Assembly: GCA_963803975.1 (NCBI GenBank)
Contig: CAWDOY010000031.1
Span: forward strand, 8,745 to 72,744
Direction: 5' to 3'
Origin: an uncultured delta proteobacterium
GTDB taxonomy: Bacteria > Desulfobacterota > WTBG01 > CAIYCZ01
Length of the DNA: 64,000 bases
This document shows positions 21,886 to 33,150 of this stretch, one piece after another (position 1 is the first letter of the stretch; each line of letters opens with the position of its first letter). The position numbers and the translations under genes were made by a program. The notes under the pieces were generated by a model that had not been told where the DNA came from, did not search any database, and was given only the letters and a program-made list of their open reading frames with translations.

Positions 21886-22755
21886 TCAGGAGTGTCCCTG
21901 CGCATACACCGTCCGGTCAAGATTGGTGACCAGCCCCGGCACCAGCCGGTAGGGCAGGCACACCAGCAGCTCATCATCCTGGAGGCGCATGAACGTCCTG
22001 CCGCCGTGGTCGCCGACGGTGAAGACCGGCTTGTTCTCGATAAACGGGAAGGTGATGCTCATCAGGCAGGTGGATTTACCCGCGTATCCGGTGATCAGCT
22101 CTGCTGTCTCAAATGAATAGGCGGTTGAGACCATGCTCATCTGGCGGCAGTTCACCGGGATGAGAATGATGTCGGGCCTGCTCAGCCGGTCCAGTGACCC
22201 GAGAATCATGCCGCCATATACTTTGGGGTAGCGCGGGAACTGGGCCCGGTTTTTTGCCAGCAGGTCTTTGGCGGCATACAGGTTTCCCTCGCCGACGACC
22301 TGCGCGTTTATCACCATCTCAAAGTCTTCTTTAGCGACCTTGCTTGAGCCAATACCGACATTTTTTGATCCGCCGCAGCTGCTCGCCACGCCCCTGAAAA
22401 ACACGGGATCTCCCTGGCCCTCGAATATATCGCCGCAGATTGCACACCAGAACGTCGGCCCTTCTTCAACACGGACGCCATCAGGTGCCTTATCCGCAAA
22501 CTTCATGGCCACGATGTCCCGCTTCAGGGAGAGCTTTTCCTTCAGCGCGCTGTTGACCTTTTTGTTGTCAAACTCAGCCCGCACCGGCCCTTTTTTTATG
22601 GCATCCGTCGAGCAGTATTCGAGGCACACTCCGCAGTCGCAGCACATGCCGGTTATGAAATACCGGTCTCCCCGCATGATGATGGCACGGTTCGGGCAGT
22701 TGCCGACGCACGAGCCGCACGCGGCGCAGATTTCCTGGTCAATAACGAGTGGCAT
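21886..22755 (-). CDS. 2x[4Fe-4S] ferredoxin domain fused to DUF169-like domain
   Basis: CAACGSCVGNCP and CCDCGVCLEYC, then VAMKFAD, WCAIC, SSCGGS and GDHGGR...LLVCLP. Paralog at 45227. Confidence 0.8.
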   Translation of the reverse strand: MPLVIDQEICAACGSCVGNCPNRAIIMRGDRYFITGMCCDCGVCLEYCSTDAIKKGPVRAEFDNKKVNSALKEKLSLKRDIVAMKFADKAPDGVRVEEGPTFWCAICGDIFEGQGDPVFFRGVASSCGGSKNVGIGSSKVAKEDFEMVINAQVVGEGNLYAAKDLLAKNRAQFPRYPKVYGGMILGSLDRLSRPDIILIPVNCRQMSMVSTAYSFETAELITGYAGKSTCLMSITFPFIENKPVFTVGDHGGRTFMRLQDDELLVCLPYRLVPGLVTNLDRTVYAQGHS

Positions 22756-22984
22756 ATCAATCCTCCCTGGTTTAAGGTAAATCGGTGAATGGGTAAATCG
22801 GTGAGTGGGTTGAATCGGGATTTCACCTTTCACTTTTCACGTTCCTGCATTATCACTGTGCACTATGTGCACTAGTCACTGAACCACGAATCACGTACCG
22901 CGATTGTGCCTAGTCGGCCCATTGCACCGTAATTTGCGCAGACTGCTCGCAACTCCGAATCGCACTCCCAGTGCTACTCAGAAC

Positions 22985-23298
22985 TCAGCACTTTTTTCCC
23001 GAAACGCAGCTCTGCAGATAGGCTTTTTCAATCTCCGTGCTTTCCTTTTCCGCGGCCGCTGCCCGCTCAAACCACGCGCTCACCTCCGGCGCAAGAGCTT
23101 CCTCCTGCATCAGATTGCGGATATGCTGCAGCAGCATGGTTATAAAATATATTTTTATCTTTTGAAAAATAGTCGCAGCCCGGGCCGCAGGAGCGAAGCT
23201 TTCGTCGCGTAGAGCATTACATCAAAGTTAACCAGCGCCGCGATTTTCTGCGCCTCGTCAAAATCAAGCTTGTATAAACCGGTTGCAGAGCTTTCCAT
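22985..23298 (-). CDS. small hypothetical protein, frameshifted, absent from the ORF track
   Basis: MESSATGLYKLDFDEAQKIAALVNFDVMLYA... continues in another frame as KIKIYFITMLLQHIRNLMQEE...SGKKC*. Starts 6 bp after sfsA. Confidence 0.5.
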
Positions 23299-23304
23299 AA
23301 TTAT

Positions 23305-24007
23305 TCAGAGAGACAGATCAAACGGGATCGGCCTGCGCAGTTCGATTTTTTCCATGTCTATCTTCACATCATAGACCATTATTTCCACGCCCTGCTGCGC
23401 GGCAGCCCGCAGGGCCGTACCGTACGCAGGGTCTATTGAGTCGGCGGGCCGGAACAGCTTCGCGTCCATGCGCTGTATGAGATAAAACATAACACATCTG
23501 TCACCACTGTGCACCTGCTGCTGAAGCTCCACGAGGTGTTTGAGCCCCCGCGCGGTAATTGCGTCGGGAAACGACGCCACGCCGTCCTCGACAAGAGTGC
23601 AGTTTTTGATCTCGATAAAGCAGCGCCCGCCCTGTTTGTTTTCCAGCAGCAGGTCAATCCGGGAATTGGTGCCGTAGGGTACTTCCCGCCGCACGTTTTC
23701 ATAGCCGCGAAGGGGCTTGATTTTACCCGCGATAATGGCTTCCCCTGACCAGGCGGTTTGGAACTGCCGTGTTAACGCCGACCAGCGAGGTCGGCATTTC
23801 AATAAGCTCAAACGAGTATGCCAGGCGGCGCGAGGGACTATTGTGCCGGGACAGAAAAACAGTCCTCCCCGGCTCGCAGCAGGCACGCATGCTGCCGGTG
23901 TTGGCGCAGTGGGCAGTGACAATGTGCCCGTTCTGGAGCCTCACATCGACCATGAAGCGCTGGTAGCGTCTGATGAGGGTTCCGCGGAGCAGGGGAGGTA
24001 AGAGCAT
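23305..24007 (-). CDS. sfsA: sugar fermentation stimulation protein / SfsA nuclease, frameshift near 23750
   Basis: RRYQRF, HCANTGSM, SRIDLLL, IEIKNCTL, FPDAITARGLKHL and IDPAY. Confidence 0.93.
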
Positions 24008-24086
24008 GTATAGAGCCTGTAGCTGTCAGCATTCAGCCAGCAAAATATAAAATTGGCTGATAGCCCGTCAATATCGAAAGCATCTG

Positions 24087-25247
24087 TTATGAGAAAAATC
24101 GCAACAGGCCTTCCCAGTCCCGTATCTTCAGATAGCGCATTATATAAAGATGGAATACGGTAACTATATTTGATGTCACAATATATGCGCCCAGCAGTGC
24201 CGCGCCGGCGCGCACGGTATACTGCCTGCGTTTGCAGAATTCCCGGATACCCTGCACGATCAGGGCAATGACCGCGGGGTATGACAGAAAAAAGAGCCGG
24301 GGGTTGTGCACAAACAGGAGATAGGGGCCAGCGAAGGCAATTATATATATGAGATAAAGGTGCCGGTATGACGGTGCGCTCTTCCATCCCTGGCGCAGGA
24401 AAAGCCAGCCCCCGTGATAGCAGAACAGCGCCGCCGTGAAGAGATACATCAGGCCGCGGTGCCGGGGGCTGCCGAAGGTGGTGAAATCATTATATGACAG
24501 GCTGAAAAAGCTGTAGACAACACTGACCAGCAGGATCGGCAGCACGCAGGTTGCGGGAATGCTTGTGTAGCGCTTCTCATAGATAAGAGAAAAAAGCACA
24601 AATAGAAGCAGGATAATGAGCATCGGCTTGGTGAGAAGTGCGAGCGCGAGAGTGATACCAAGAACTATATTCTTAATGCCACCCCCTCCCCTTAATCCCC
24701 TCCCGCGAGGGGAGGGAAAATCACCTTGTACCCTCTCTCTGGAAGGGAGAGAGGCAGGTTGAAACCATCTCAGGTAAAGAAACGGAATAAGACAGGCAAA
24801 GAAGTACGACCCCATGTCCGCCATGACGGGCAGCCCCCACTCAATTACCGGAAGGGATGTGGTAAAGAGTGCCGCCCCGGCGAAGGCAAAAAAGTCATCC
24901 TGCAGGACTGTTTTTAAAAACTCATAAAAAAGCAGAGGAGTGATAAGCCAGAGCAGGATGTTTATGATTAAAAAAGCGGCTGGTATGCCGGTGAGGTTTC
25001 CCAGGAGTGATGCGGCAAAGGGCACCAGGGGGCTGAACAGCCGGTATCTCATGAGCGACTGTTCCTCGGCAGGAATGTCTCTGCCGTTCAGGTAATCGGC
25101 AACGAGCAGATATCCCCGGCTGTCTTCAGCGTAAACCGCAGACCAGTTTTCAATCCTGCTTAAAGAATTGAGATAGAGCGCGGAGAGCCCGATTTGCAGA
25201 AGGGTCAGCACTATGAGCGATACGCGGTAAAAATTATTCTTTTGCAT
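24087..25247 (-). CDS. polytopic membrane glycosyltransferase (GT-C/ArnT-like)
   Basis: EDSRGY after the first TM, many TM helices, LLTKP motif, divergent from two GT2 genes. Contains a repeat-derived in-frame insert. Confidence 0.65.
   Translation of the reverse strand: MQKNNFYRVSLIVLTLLQIGLSALYLNSLSRIENWSAVYAEDSRGYLLVADYLNGRDIPAEEQSLMRYRLFSPLVPFAASLLGNLTGIPAAFLIINILLWLITPLLFYEFLKTVLQDDFFAFAGAALFTTSLPVIEWGLPVMADMGSYFFACLIPFLYLRWFQPASLPSRERVQGDFPSPRGRGLRGGGGIKNIVLGITLALALLTKPMLIILLLFVLFSLIYEKRYTSIPATCVLPILLVSVVYSFFSLSYNDFTTFGSPRHRGLMYLFTAALFCYHGGWLFLRQGWKSAPSYRHLYLIYIIAFAGPYLLFVHNPRLFFLSYPAVIALIVQGIREFCKRRQYTVRAGAALLGAYIVTSNIVTVFHLYIMRYLKIRDWEGLLRFFS
24680..24758. repeat. CCCCTCCC/GGGAGGG palindromic element inside a CDS
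   Basis: 24683-24705 is the exact reverse complement of intergenic 61795-61817. Confidence 0.8.
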
Positions 25248-25597
25248 CTGCTGCTATCCCAAAGAGTGCCTCGTGACTCGTGTCCCGCAATCCGTATTTG
25301 CTTTGTGCCTGCCCGCCGTAGACTTGCGCGAAGGCGGGATGCCTTTGTGCCTTGTTCTCTAACCTTACCAAATTCTCTCCGTCTAAACAACCGGCAAAAC
25401 GCTCCTGTTGTTTTGAAACAAATTGTACCCCCGTATGTTTTATGCTATATCCGGTAGCTGAATCTGGAGCGCAGCCATACCAAATGAATCAGGAACTCTA
25501 AAAATTGCCCTTTTATGGTTTTAGTTTTCAGGTAAATATTTTTTCCTGATTTCTTGAGTTCCAGATTCTGCAACTTTATTTTTTACCATGATTTAAT

Positions 25598-26545
25598 ATG
25601 AATAATAAATTCCAGATTGATATCAGTGTCGTTATTCCCTGCTACAATGAAGAGCAGGGCCTGCAGGAGCTGTACAGCCGGCTGTGCGCGGTCCTGGAGC
25701 CCATTACTGCGCAGTTTGAGCTGCTGTTTGTGGACGACGGCAGTACGGACCGCTCTATGGATATTCTGAAGGAGCTGCATGCACAGGACCGACGGGTTAA
25801 GGTTATCCATTTCAGGAAAAATTTCGGCAAGGCGCAAGCGCTTTCCCATGGTTTCCTGAATTGCCGCGGTGAAAAAGTAGTCACCATAGATGCAGACCTT
25901 CAGGATTTTCCGGAAGAGATACCAAAGCTTGTAGCATGGCTGGGCGAGGGCTTTGACCTTGTTTCAGGATGGAAACGAAAACGGGAAGATTCCATCGGGA
26001 AACGGTTAACCTCACGCATCTTTAATTTCTTTACCGCGCTCTTTACCGGGGTCAAAATTCATGATTTCAACTGCGGGCTGAAAGCCTATCGCAGAGTGGT
26101 GACCGAAGAGATGGAACTCTATGGAGAGCTGTACCGGTTTATCCCGGCTGTTGCCGCGTGGAAAGGTTTCAGGGTAGGGGAGGTCATCGTGAGCCACGGC
26201 CCGCGGCGCTACGGTAAATCCAAATTCGGCATTGAACGGTTCTTCAGGGGTTTTTTTGACCTGCTCACCATCGTCATGCTTACCAAATATACCCAGCGCC
26301 CGCTTCATTTCTTCGGCGGCCTTGGCATGATGTTATCGTGTGCCGGTTTTTCCATAGACGCCTACCTGGCGCTGCAATGGTTTCGCGGTACGTATTTAAG
26401 CAACCGCCCCATCCTGCTGCTGGGCACCCTGCTCATTATCCTTGGTATACAGTTTATCTTTTTCGGGCTGCTGGGTGAGCTGATTGTTTTTTCTTCCAAG
26501 AAAGACAGTGACCATATTGTAAGGGATAAATACGGCATTGAATAA
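25598..26545 (+). CDS. GT2 polyprenyl-phosphate glycosyltransferase (ArnC/GtrB-like)
   Basis: VIPCYNEE, VDDGSTD, NFGKAQAL, IDADLQD, DFNCGLKAY and two C-terminal TMs. Confidence 0.92.
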   Translation: MNNKFQIDISVVIPCYNEEQGLQELYSRLCAVLEPITAQFELLFVDDGSTDRSMDILKELHAQDRRVKVIHFRKNFGKAQALSHGFLNCRGEKVVTIDADLQDFPEEIPKLVAWLGEGFDLVSGWKRKREDSIGKRLTSRIFNFFTALFTGVKIHDFNCGLKAYRRVVTEEMELYGELYRFIPAVAAWKGFRVGEVIVSHGPRRYGKSKFGIERFFRGFFDLLTIVMLTKYTQRPLHFFGGLGMMLSCAGFSIDAYLALQWFRGTYLSNRPILLLGTLLIILGIQFIFFGLLGELIVFSSKKDSDHIVRDKYGIE

Positions 26546-27594
26546 AGCTTGTGCCCGCAACGTTATAACAGAAGCAGACCGCCCCGCAGTATCTGTCATC
26601 ATTCCCGCCTATCAACCGCAAAGATGAATTACAGGAACTCCTCGCAGCTCTTGCCCAGCAGACCCTTGCGCCTGAACAGTTTGAAATCATCGTTGTTGAT
26701 GACGGGTCCATTGACGATACCCTGTTCTATCTCAAAAGCCTGGTTGACAGCGGGCGGGAGAATCTGATTTTTCACTATCAGAAAAACCAGGGGCCGGGAG
26801 CTGCCCGCAACCGCGGCATGGCCATGGCCCGCGGGGATGTATTTGCCTTTACCGACACTGATTGCCGGCCCCAGCCTGACTGGCTTGAGGAACTGCTCAA
26901 GCCGTTTGCGGACAGGCATGTGGGCGCTGTGGGAGGTGCCGAGCAGTACGATGAGCACGGCACCATGCTGCAGCAGGCAATCCACATCTGCATGACCTCA
27001 TCCTTTACCACCGGCGGACTCAGGGGCACAGCCGGTAAAAAGCTTGCTCGGTATTATCCGCGGACTTTTAATATGGCGATCTCACGGGAAGCGTTTGAAA
27101 AGACCGGCGGGTTTAAATCGCTCTATCACGGCGAAGATATTGAATTGAGCTTTCGTATCAAACAGGCAGGACTGGCGCTGGTATTCAATGAGAGGGCGAA
27201 AGTGTTTCATCGGCGCCGGGATACCATAAAGGGATTTGTTAAGCAGGTACTGAAGATGGGAGAGGCGCGGGTAACGCTTGCACGTCTGCATCCGCAGATG
27301 CTCGAGCCGCTGCACGTGGTACCGGCAGCGGGGCTGCTGGCCCTGATAATTATAATACTGCTTTCATTGTTTTCGAATGCTTTTTTCATGCTGCTTAAGC
27401 TGCTGCTGGTTTTTGCGCTTTTGTTTCTGCTTCTGGTGGGCGCGGCCGGAAGCAGGGCAGGAGCCGCCCCGGTCAGGGACAGAATGCGATTATTGTTCCT
27501 GGTTCCTGTTTTCTTTATTCTGCAGCAGTCTGCCTACGGGATTGGTTTTTATCGCGGTCTGTGGAAGTGGTTGAGGGAATCGGTGAAACAGTGA
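26538..27594 (+). CDS. GT2 family glycosyltransferase, frameshift near 26612
   Basis: VSVIIPAY/NR, EIIVVDDGS, GPGAARNRG, FTDTDC, GEDIELSFR and C-terminal TMs. Confidence 0.88.
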
Positions 27595-27634
27595 AACGTG
27601 AAAAGCGTGAAGTGAAAGGTGGAATGTGGATGGT

Positions 27635-27814
27635 TTAGTCTTTCTTTTTGTTCTGAATGCTCGCACTCGCATTCCTGATACTTATCCACAAGCTTTTGCA
27701 GCTTCTCGCAGAAGATCCTCCCGTCATTGCGGCACATCGTGTGCCGCTGACAAAACTTGCTTTTGGACACTGGATGCAGATCATGCCTTTCGCCGGATGG
27801 TTTTTTGCTGCCAT
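27635..27814 (-). CDS. small Cys-rich protein, frameshifted
   Basis: MAAKNHPAKGMICIQCPK joins SKFCQRHTMCRNDGRIFCEKLQKLVDKYQECECEH. Confidence 0.4.
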   Translation of the reverse strand: MAAKNHPAKGMICIQCPKASFVSGTRCAAMTGGSSARSCKSLWISIRNASASIQNKKKD

Positions 27815-27822
27815 GGTATTAG

Positions 27823-27972
27823 CAGATTGATGAAAAAGTTTATTTTTCGGGCTGGTCAAAAATGCACAGATGCAAGGCTCCCGAAATCCTGAGAAGTGAG
27901 GCGTACCTCAAGGTACGCTGCAACGACGAAGGAAGAGGGAAACGCCGCAGATGGGCGTTTTTCAACAGCCTT
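27823..27972 (-). mobile_element. MITE-like element, copy 2 (inverted, more diverged)
   Basis: GCTGGTCAAAAA..GATGCAAGG..GAGGCGTAC..GCAGATGGGCGTTTTTCAACAGCCT is the reverse complement of the 3165-3315 pattern. Confidence 0.75.
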
Positions 27973-28044
27973 TTAAATTAATTAACGCATTGAGCAGAAT
28001 AGTCAACGACAAATTTATCATAAATACATTACAGGGACAATACC

Positions 28045-28695
28045 GTGCCGGATACAAATAATCATATTAAAGTAATTTCATTTGATTTAGACGGGACCCT
28101 CACCACACCGGAGTTTGTTGACGCGGTGTGGCGGATCGGGGTGCCGAAGCAGTATGCGGCAAAGCATGGCGTCAAACTCGCGGAAGCGCGGGAGCTGGTC
28201 GCTCATCTCTATGACTGCATGGGCGATGATGAACTCAACTGGTATGACCTGCCGTTCTGGGTGAAATACCTTAAGCTTGATGTTCCCGCGGAACAATTAA
28301 TAGCTGAATACGAAAACTTGATCGCGCTCTTTCCTGATGTTACGGCAACATTATCTTCTCTGCAGCAGCGCCATGACCTTATTATCATCTCCAATGCCAA
28401 CCGGATGTTTCTTGACCGGGAAGTAGCCGTGACCGGGATTGAAAAATATTTCAAGAAGATATTCTCTGCAACGAGCGACTTTGGCAGGGTAAAGCGGGAA
28501 GAGGATATCTACCGGATGGTGTGTGAGCGCATAAACGTTTCACCCGCGGAGATTATCCATGTGGGGGACCACCGCGAGTTTGACTTTGAAGCGCCGCAGC
28601 GAATCGGCATCCGTTCCTATTTCCTGGACAGATCACAAAAAGAGACCGGGCCGCAGGTGATTCACAGCCTGGATGAGCTGACAGGTATTATTTAA
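28045..28695 (+). CDS. HAD-superfamily hydrolase
   Basis: FDLDGTL, IISNA, K, HVGD..FD motifs. Confidence 0.9.
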   Translation: MPDTNNHIKVISFDLDGTLTTPEFVDAVWRIGVPKQYAAKHGVKLAEARELVAHLYDCMGDDELNWYDLPFWVKYLKLDVPAEQLIAEYENLIALFPDVTATLSSLQQRHDLIIISNANRMFLDREVAVTGIEKYFKKIFSATSDFGRVKREEDIYRMVCERINVSPAEIIHVGDHREFDFEAPQRIGIRSYFLDRSQKETGPQVIHSLDELTGII

Positions 28696-30325
28696 CGCTA
28701 AACCCTCCAGGAAGTTTTTCTTTTACTGCGCTTTGTTCCTCGGATGTTTTTTTCTCAACCGCTGCATCCCCAGACGGCTCCTTCCATTAAAAACCGGTCC
28801 GAACCCGGGTCTTCTTTAAATTCAAGCTGCAGCTTTTGCGCTGCCTCCTGGTAGGAACCCTCGTGCCAGGCGAATCTCTCCTTCCGGTGTTACGATGATG
28901 GCTGACTCACCCCTGACCGGGCATTTCTCTTCGCAGAACCCGCAGCCGTTGCACTTGTTCGCTGAAACAAACGGCCTGCGGAACCCTTCCTGCCATTTAA
29001 AAACAATCGCGTTGTAGGGGCACTGCTCATCACATATCAGGCAAAGCTTGTTTTCGGCCCACACCAGGCAGCGCTCCCGGTCAATGACCGCGGTGCCGAG
29101 CTTGGCGTTTTTCTTTTCTTCAAGGGCGAAGAGCCCTGATGGCGCCGGTGGGGCACACCTGGCCGCAGAGGCTGCAGGTCTGGTCGCACCCGGCGAGCCG
29201 GGGCACGATGCGCGGCGACCAGAGGCCGTCAAGCCCGCTTTCCCAGAGGCAGGGCTGCAGGGTGTTGGTGAGGCACACCTTCATGCACTCGCCGCAGCGG
29301 ATGCATTTTGCTAAAAAAGATTTTTCCGGCAGAGCGCCGGGCGGCCGCATCAGCCGGGGATTTGCCAGTTTCGTAAACGGCGTGGTCTTAAGGCTCACCG
29401 CGGCGAGCGCTCCAGCGCCAAGTGAGAGAAAGAGGCCCCGGCGCGAAAGATCAAAGCGCGGTATTAAACCCTGCGGGAGAGCTGCAGAACGCCGGCTTAA
29501 AACTGATTGCAGACTGCGGGCAGATAGCTCGAGCAGTGCAGGCACTGGATGCACTCGGCGGCAGCAGTCTCTTCCGGCTCCTTCGGGATCGCGGCCATGG
29601 GGCACTCGCGAAGGCACTTCATGCAGCGGTTGCAGGCATCGCTCACCTGCCGCTTGAACATTCCCCAGCGCGAGAAGACGCTTAAGAGCGCGCCCAGCGG
29701 GCAGATAGTTCTGCACCAGAACCGTTCGGCAAAATAATTCAGAAACAGGATGCCGCTAAAGATGAAAAGAGTTAATACATTCAGATAGAAGAGCGGCTGC
29801 ATGAACTGCTGGTGGGACAGGGTAACCATCTGCAGCTGCGCGGCCAGGGGCCGCAGCGCGTCAAGGCCGCTGTTGAGCAGAAGAAATACGAGCGGGTAGA
29901 GGAGCAGCGTATAGACTCTGGTTACAAAGGCGATCGGGTCAAACCAGCCGGCAAGGTTGAAGCCAAGCAGGCAGCAGGCAATGAGAGAGAGCAAGGAGGT
30001 AATACTTCGGCTGCGTTGCTGATAGTATTTTCTTCCGGGAGCGTTTTTTTCGGGGGAAAAAGCTTCGGGAAAAATCAATGAGCGTGCCGAGCGGGCACAC
30101 CCAGCCGCAGAAGAAGCGGCCGAAGAGAAGGGTCGCAGCAACGAGCACGAGGGACAGAAAAAGCGCCGCGTGAATTGCCCGCGACGCGAGCATGGTGGTA
30201 AGGGCAATCAGCGGGTCAAGCCGCAGGAATATATCAACCGGAAAGAAGGACGGCAGCGGATCAGCAGCGAGGAAAAAGAGCACGGTAAAAAGAACAAGAA
30301 ACAGCGTTTGAACAATTCGTCTCAT
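28688..30325 (-). CDS. membrane polyferredoxin (4Fe-4S binding, NapH/MauM-like), several frameshifts; 3' end approximate
   Basis: GRFFCGWVCPLG, RFWCRTICPLG, internal RRGLF, RPPGA, CIRCGECMKVC and further CxxCxxCxxxCP motifs across ORFs 29939, 29497, 29120 and 28822. Confidence 0.85.
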
Positions 30326-31251
30326 ACCTGCGCTTTGAGAATTTTTATGGCGTTCAGGTCCATGGTGCCAAGGCCCATGGCATGGGCGGCTGCGATGTGT
30401 TTCACCTGGCTGCCGGTAAATTTCTGGCCATACCAGTCGACCAGCGTCACGCCGAGCGCGTCAACCGCGACCGGGTCGCGGCCGGCGATGATGGTGTTCG
30501 GCTTTTCAATTTTGCCCGGCCCGGACGGCCCGCCGTTTAACAGGGCGCGGGACGCGTCAAGCACGGTCAGGTCAATCTTTACGGCCGATACCAGGTCAGC
30601 GATGGCCTGGTTGATGTCAACTTTTGCGTGAAAGTATTCGCGGTCCCACATGATGCCCATGAGCCCCTTCATGCCGAGGCTCACGCCGGTGGTGGTGTGG
30701 GACTTTGCCGTGGGGATGCTGATAAGCACATCGCTTTCAAGAATATCCTTCATGATTTTAACTGAGGTGATAACTTTTCCTTTGGGGACCGGGATGTCGC
30801 GGAAGAATTTTTCCTCGGTGAGGGCGAAGGTGTAGACATTTGGTATCTGCTTGCACATATCAGCAATGCCTGAGAGCCGCAGACACGGCTCGGGCCGGTT
30901 GAACGGGAAATCAAGCACCAGCACTTCCTTTGCGCCAGCGTCCATGCACATCCGGGCGATTGTCGAGACAACTTCCGGGCTCGTGTTGGTGGCGCGCTCA
31001 GGAGCGTGGGGGAATGACATGTTGGGTTTCAGAATCACGCGGCTGCCCTTTTTAACAAAGGCTTCCATGCCGCCCAGCATCTGGATGGCTTTGCGCGTTG
31101 CCTCTGCCCGGCCGCCGGTCACCAGGGCAAGGGTTGATTGTCCGCGTGCTGCCAAAGGAAGTTTTTGCGGGAAAGGCAGCAGCGGCGCTGCGCTAATGGC
31201 ACCGCCCAGGATCAGGCCTTGTTTAATAAATTCTCTGCGTGTGGTTTTCAT
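30322..31251 (-). CDS. Tat-exported DUF362 domain protein
   Basis: TRREFIK signal, VILKPNM, PTAKSH..GVSLGMKGLMG and DPVAVD. Confidence 0.88.
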   Translation of the reverse strand: MKTTRREFIKQGLILGGAISAAPLLPFPQKLPLAARGQSTLALVTGGRAEATRKAIQMLGGMEAFVKKGSRVILKPNMSFPHAPERATNTSPEVVSTIARMCMDAGAKEVLVLDFPFNRPEPCLRLSGIADMCKQIPNVYTFALTEEKFFRDIPVPKGKVITSVKIMKDILESDVLISIPTAKSHTTTGVSLGMKGLMGIMWDREYFHAKVDINQAIADLVSAVKIDLTVLDASRALLNGGPSGPGKIEKPNTIIAGRDPVAVDALGVTLVDWYGQKFTGSQVKHIAAAHAMGLGTMDLNAIKILKAQV

Positions 31252-31332
31252 AATTATCTCCGTTAAATCTTGAACTGGAACTCAGAATACTCTGGAAATC
31301 TAGCTCAGACTCAGAACCTTTCTAGTTTAGCT

Positions 31333-31980
31333 TTAGACTTTCCTGATTCGTTCGATAAGAAAGCTTCTGCGTGCGGCCGTTATTTTTTTTCGACCGACTT
31401 TGTTTTCCGTTCCGCTCATCAGTCTTTGGATATTGCTGCTGTGCTTTATAATTATTAATATAGCAAATACAATGCTCAGAAGCACTACCGGCATCGGGAT
31501 AGGAGAGCAAATAGAGAAGCACCGGCATGGTGCCGGCAGCAAGCATTGACCCGAGCGACACATATTTCCAGATTGCGACTGCAGCGGCAAAGATTACCAC
31601 TTCGATGAGAATGACTGACGGCGACAGAAAAAGAAAAACACCCAGCGCCGTGGCAACGCCTTTTCCGCCTTTAAACCCGAGATAGATGGGGAACAGGTGG
31701 CCGAGAAACGCGGCGAGACCCATGAGGCATGCCACGTCTGATAGAACCGGTAATAGAAAGCACCTGCCCAGACCGGCAGAAACCCTTTCAGCAGGTCTCC
31801 CACCAGCGTCAGCGCGCCGACCTTTTTCCCCAGCACGCGGGTAACATTGGTCGCGCCGATGTTGCCGCTTCCCTCCTGCCGTATGTCCCGCCCGGCAAAT
31901 GCTTTTGCCAGGATCACGCCGGTCGGAATGGCACCGATGAAATATGAAGCTATGATTAGAAGCAAATATAAGAATGTCAT
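31333..31980 (-). CDS. plsY: glycerol-3-phosphate acyltransferase, frameshifted
   Basis: GSGNIGATNVTR, DLLKG, GHLFPIYLGFKGGKGVATALG and KHSSNIQRL. Confidence 0.93.
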
Positions 31981-32284
31981 AATGAATTATTTCTTGTCTC
32001 CCCTTACCAAGGGGAGATACAGAGGGGTTAAATACAGAGGGGTTTATGCTGACCGCCCCTCGACCTTGCGCCCGTTGCCGAAAGGCTCAGGGGCCTAATT
32101 GCTGACAGTGCTTGGACCGAGCTTGGACCTGAGGCTGAGACGCTGACAGCTTTGGCTTAGCTATTCATTTTATATCATAGCTTGTATCTTATGGCAAAGA
32201 CTGTTGCGGAGGGATAAAAATCTTGACAGGTAACATGGTTGCTTATATTAAACGAACAGTAATAGAATAAGCATAAAAAACAAT

Positions 32285-33150
32285 GTTAGGCCTATGGAGC
32301 ACACATGACATCGGCAACTATCAAACTGTCCTTCCACGCGGGGACGCAAAAAGTCTACGCACTGCTGAGATCTCCAATTGGACCGGAAAGGCTGTCGCCG
32401 CTCCCCGCACAGAACTTGATGAGCTTTTGGCTCGCGAAGAACTAGACAAAGCCGGAGTCTATATCTATTGGCAACGACCCTCTTACAAACGCACCCCGCG
32501 CCTACATCGGCGAGGCGGAGGTCATACGCGAGCGACTGAAGCAACACAAAACAAAGGAGTTCTGGGTTTCAGCCATCGTCTTTGTCAGCAAGGACGAGAA
32601 CCTGACCAAGGCTCATGTGAGGTATCTCGAGAGCCATATCCTCGTCGAAGCCGCAAACATCAACAGGTTCACGCTCGAACAAAATCAGGCTGGCGGCTCA
32701 AAGCTTCCCGAATCAGACCGTGAGGACATGGAGGTGTTTCTGGCCCGGATTCGGCAGCTCCTCCCGGTCCTTGCGCTCCGATATCCTAGCGCCGATCACT
32801 CAACCCACTGCGGGGGGCGTGCTCTTCTGCCGTATCAAAGGCACCGAGGGGCGAGGCCAGCGTACAGCCAATGGTTTCGTTATTTTCCGTGGTTCCACTG
32901 CCGTCTTGGAGGAGCGCCCATCTGCCGAGAACTATCCTTATGTTATGGCCCAACGCAAACAACTCATAGCCGAGGGTGTGCTTACCGAAAGGGACGGCTT
33001 CTTGGTTTTCACCAGGGATGCAGAGTTCTCTAGTCCATCTGCGGCGCGGCTGTCATACACGGTGGGAGCGCAAACGGACTTATCGCGTGGAAAACTGAGG
33101 GTGGTAAATTCTCAAACAACTCGACGAACAGGCCTAACCAACGGCTTCAT
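32285..33150 (+). mobile_element. integron-type gene cassette with truncated attC, no integrase nearby
   Basis: Core site GTTAGGC (32285-32291) 13 bp before the ATG. Complementary GCCTAAC (33132-33138) overlaps the stop codon. Confidence 0.55.
32305..33137 (+). CDS. GIY-YIG nuclease / DUF4357 domain protein, several frameshifts
   Basis: AEISNWTGKA, AGVYI, AYIGEAE, KEFW, LTKAHVRYLES, LPESDREDME and FSSPSAA across frames. Confidence 0.8.
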
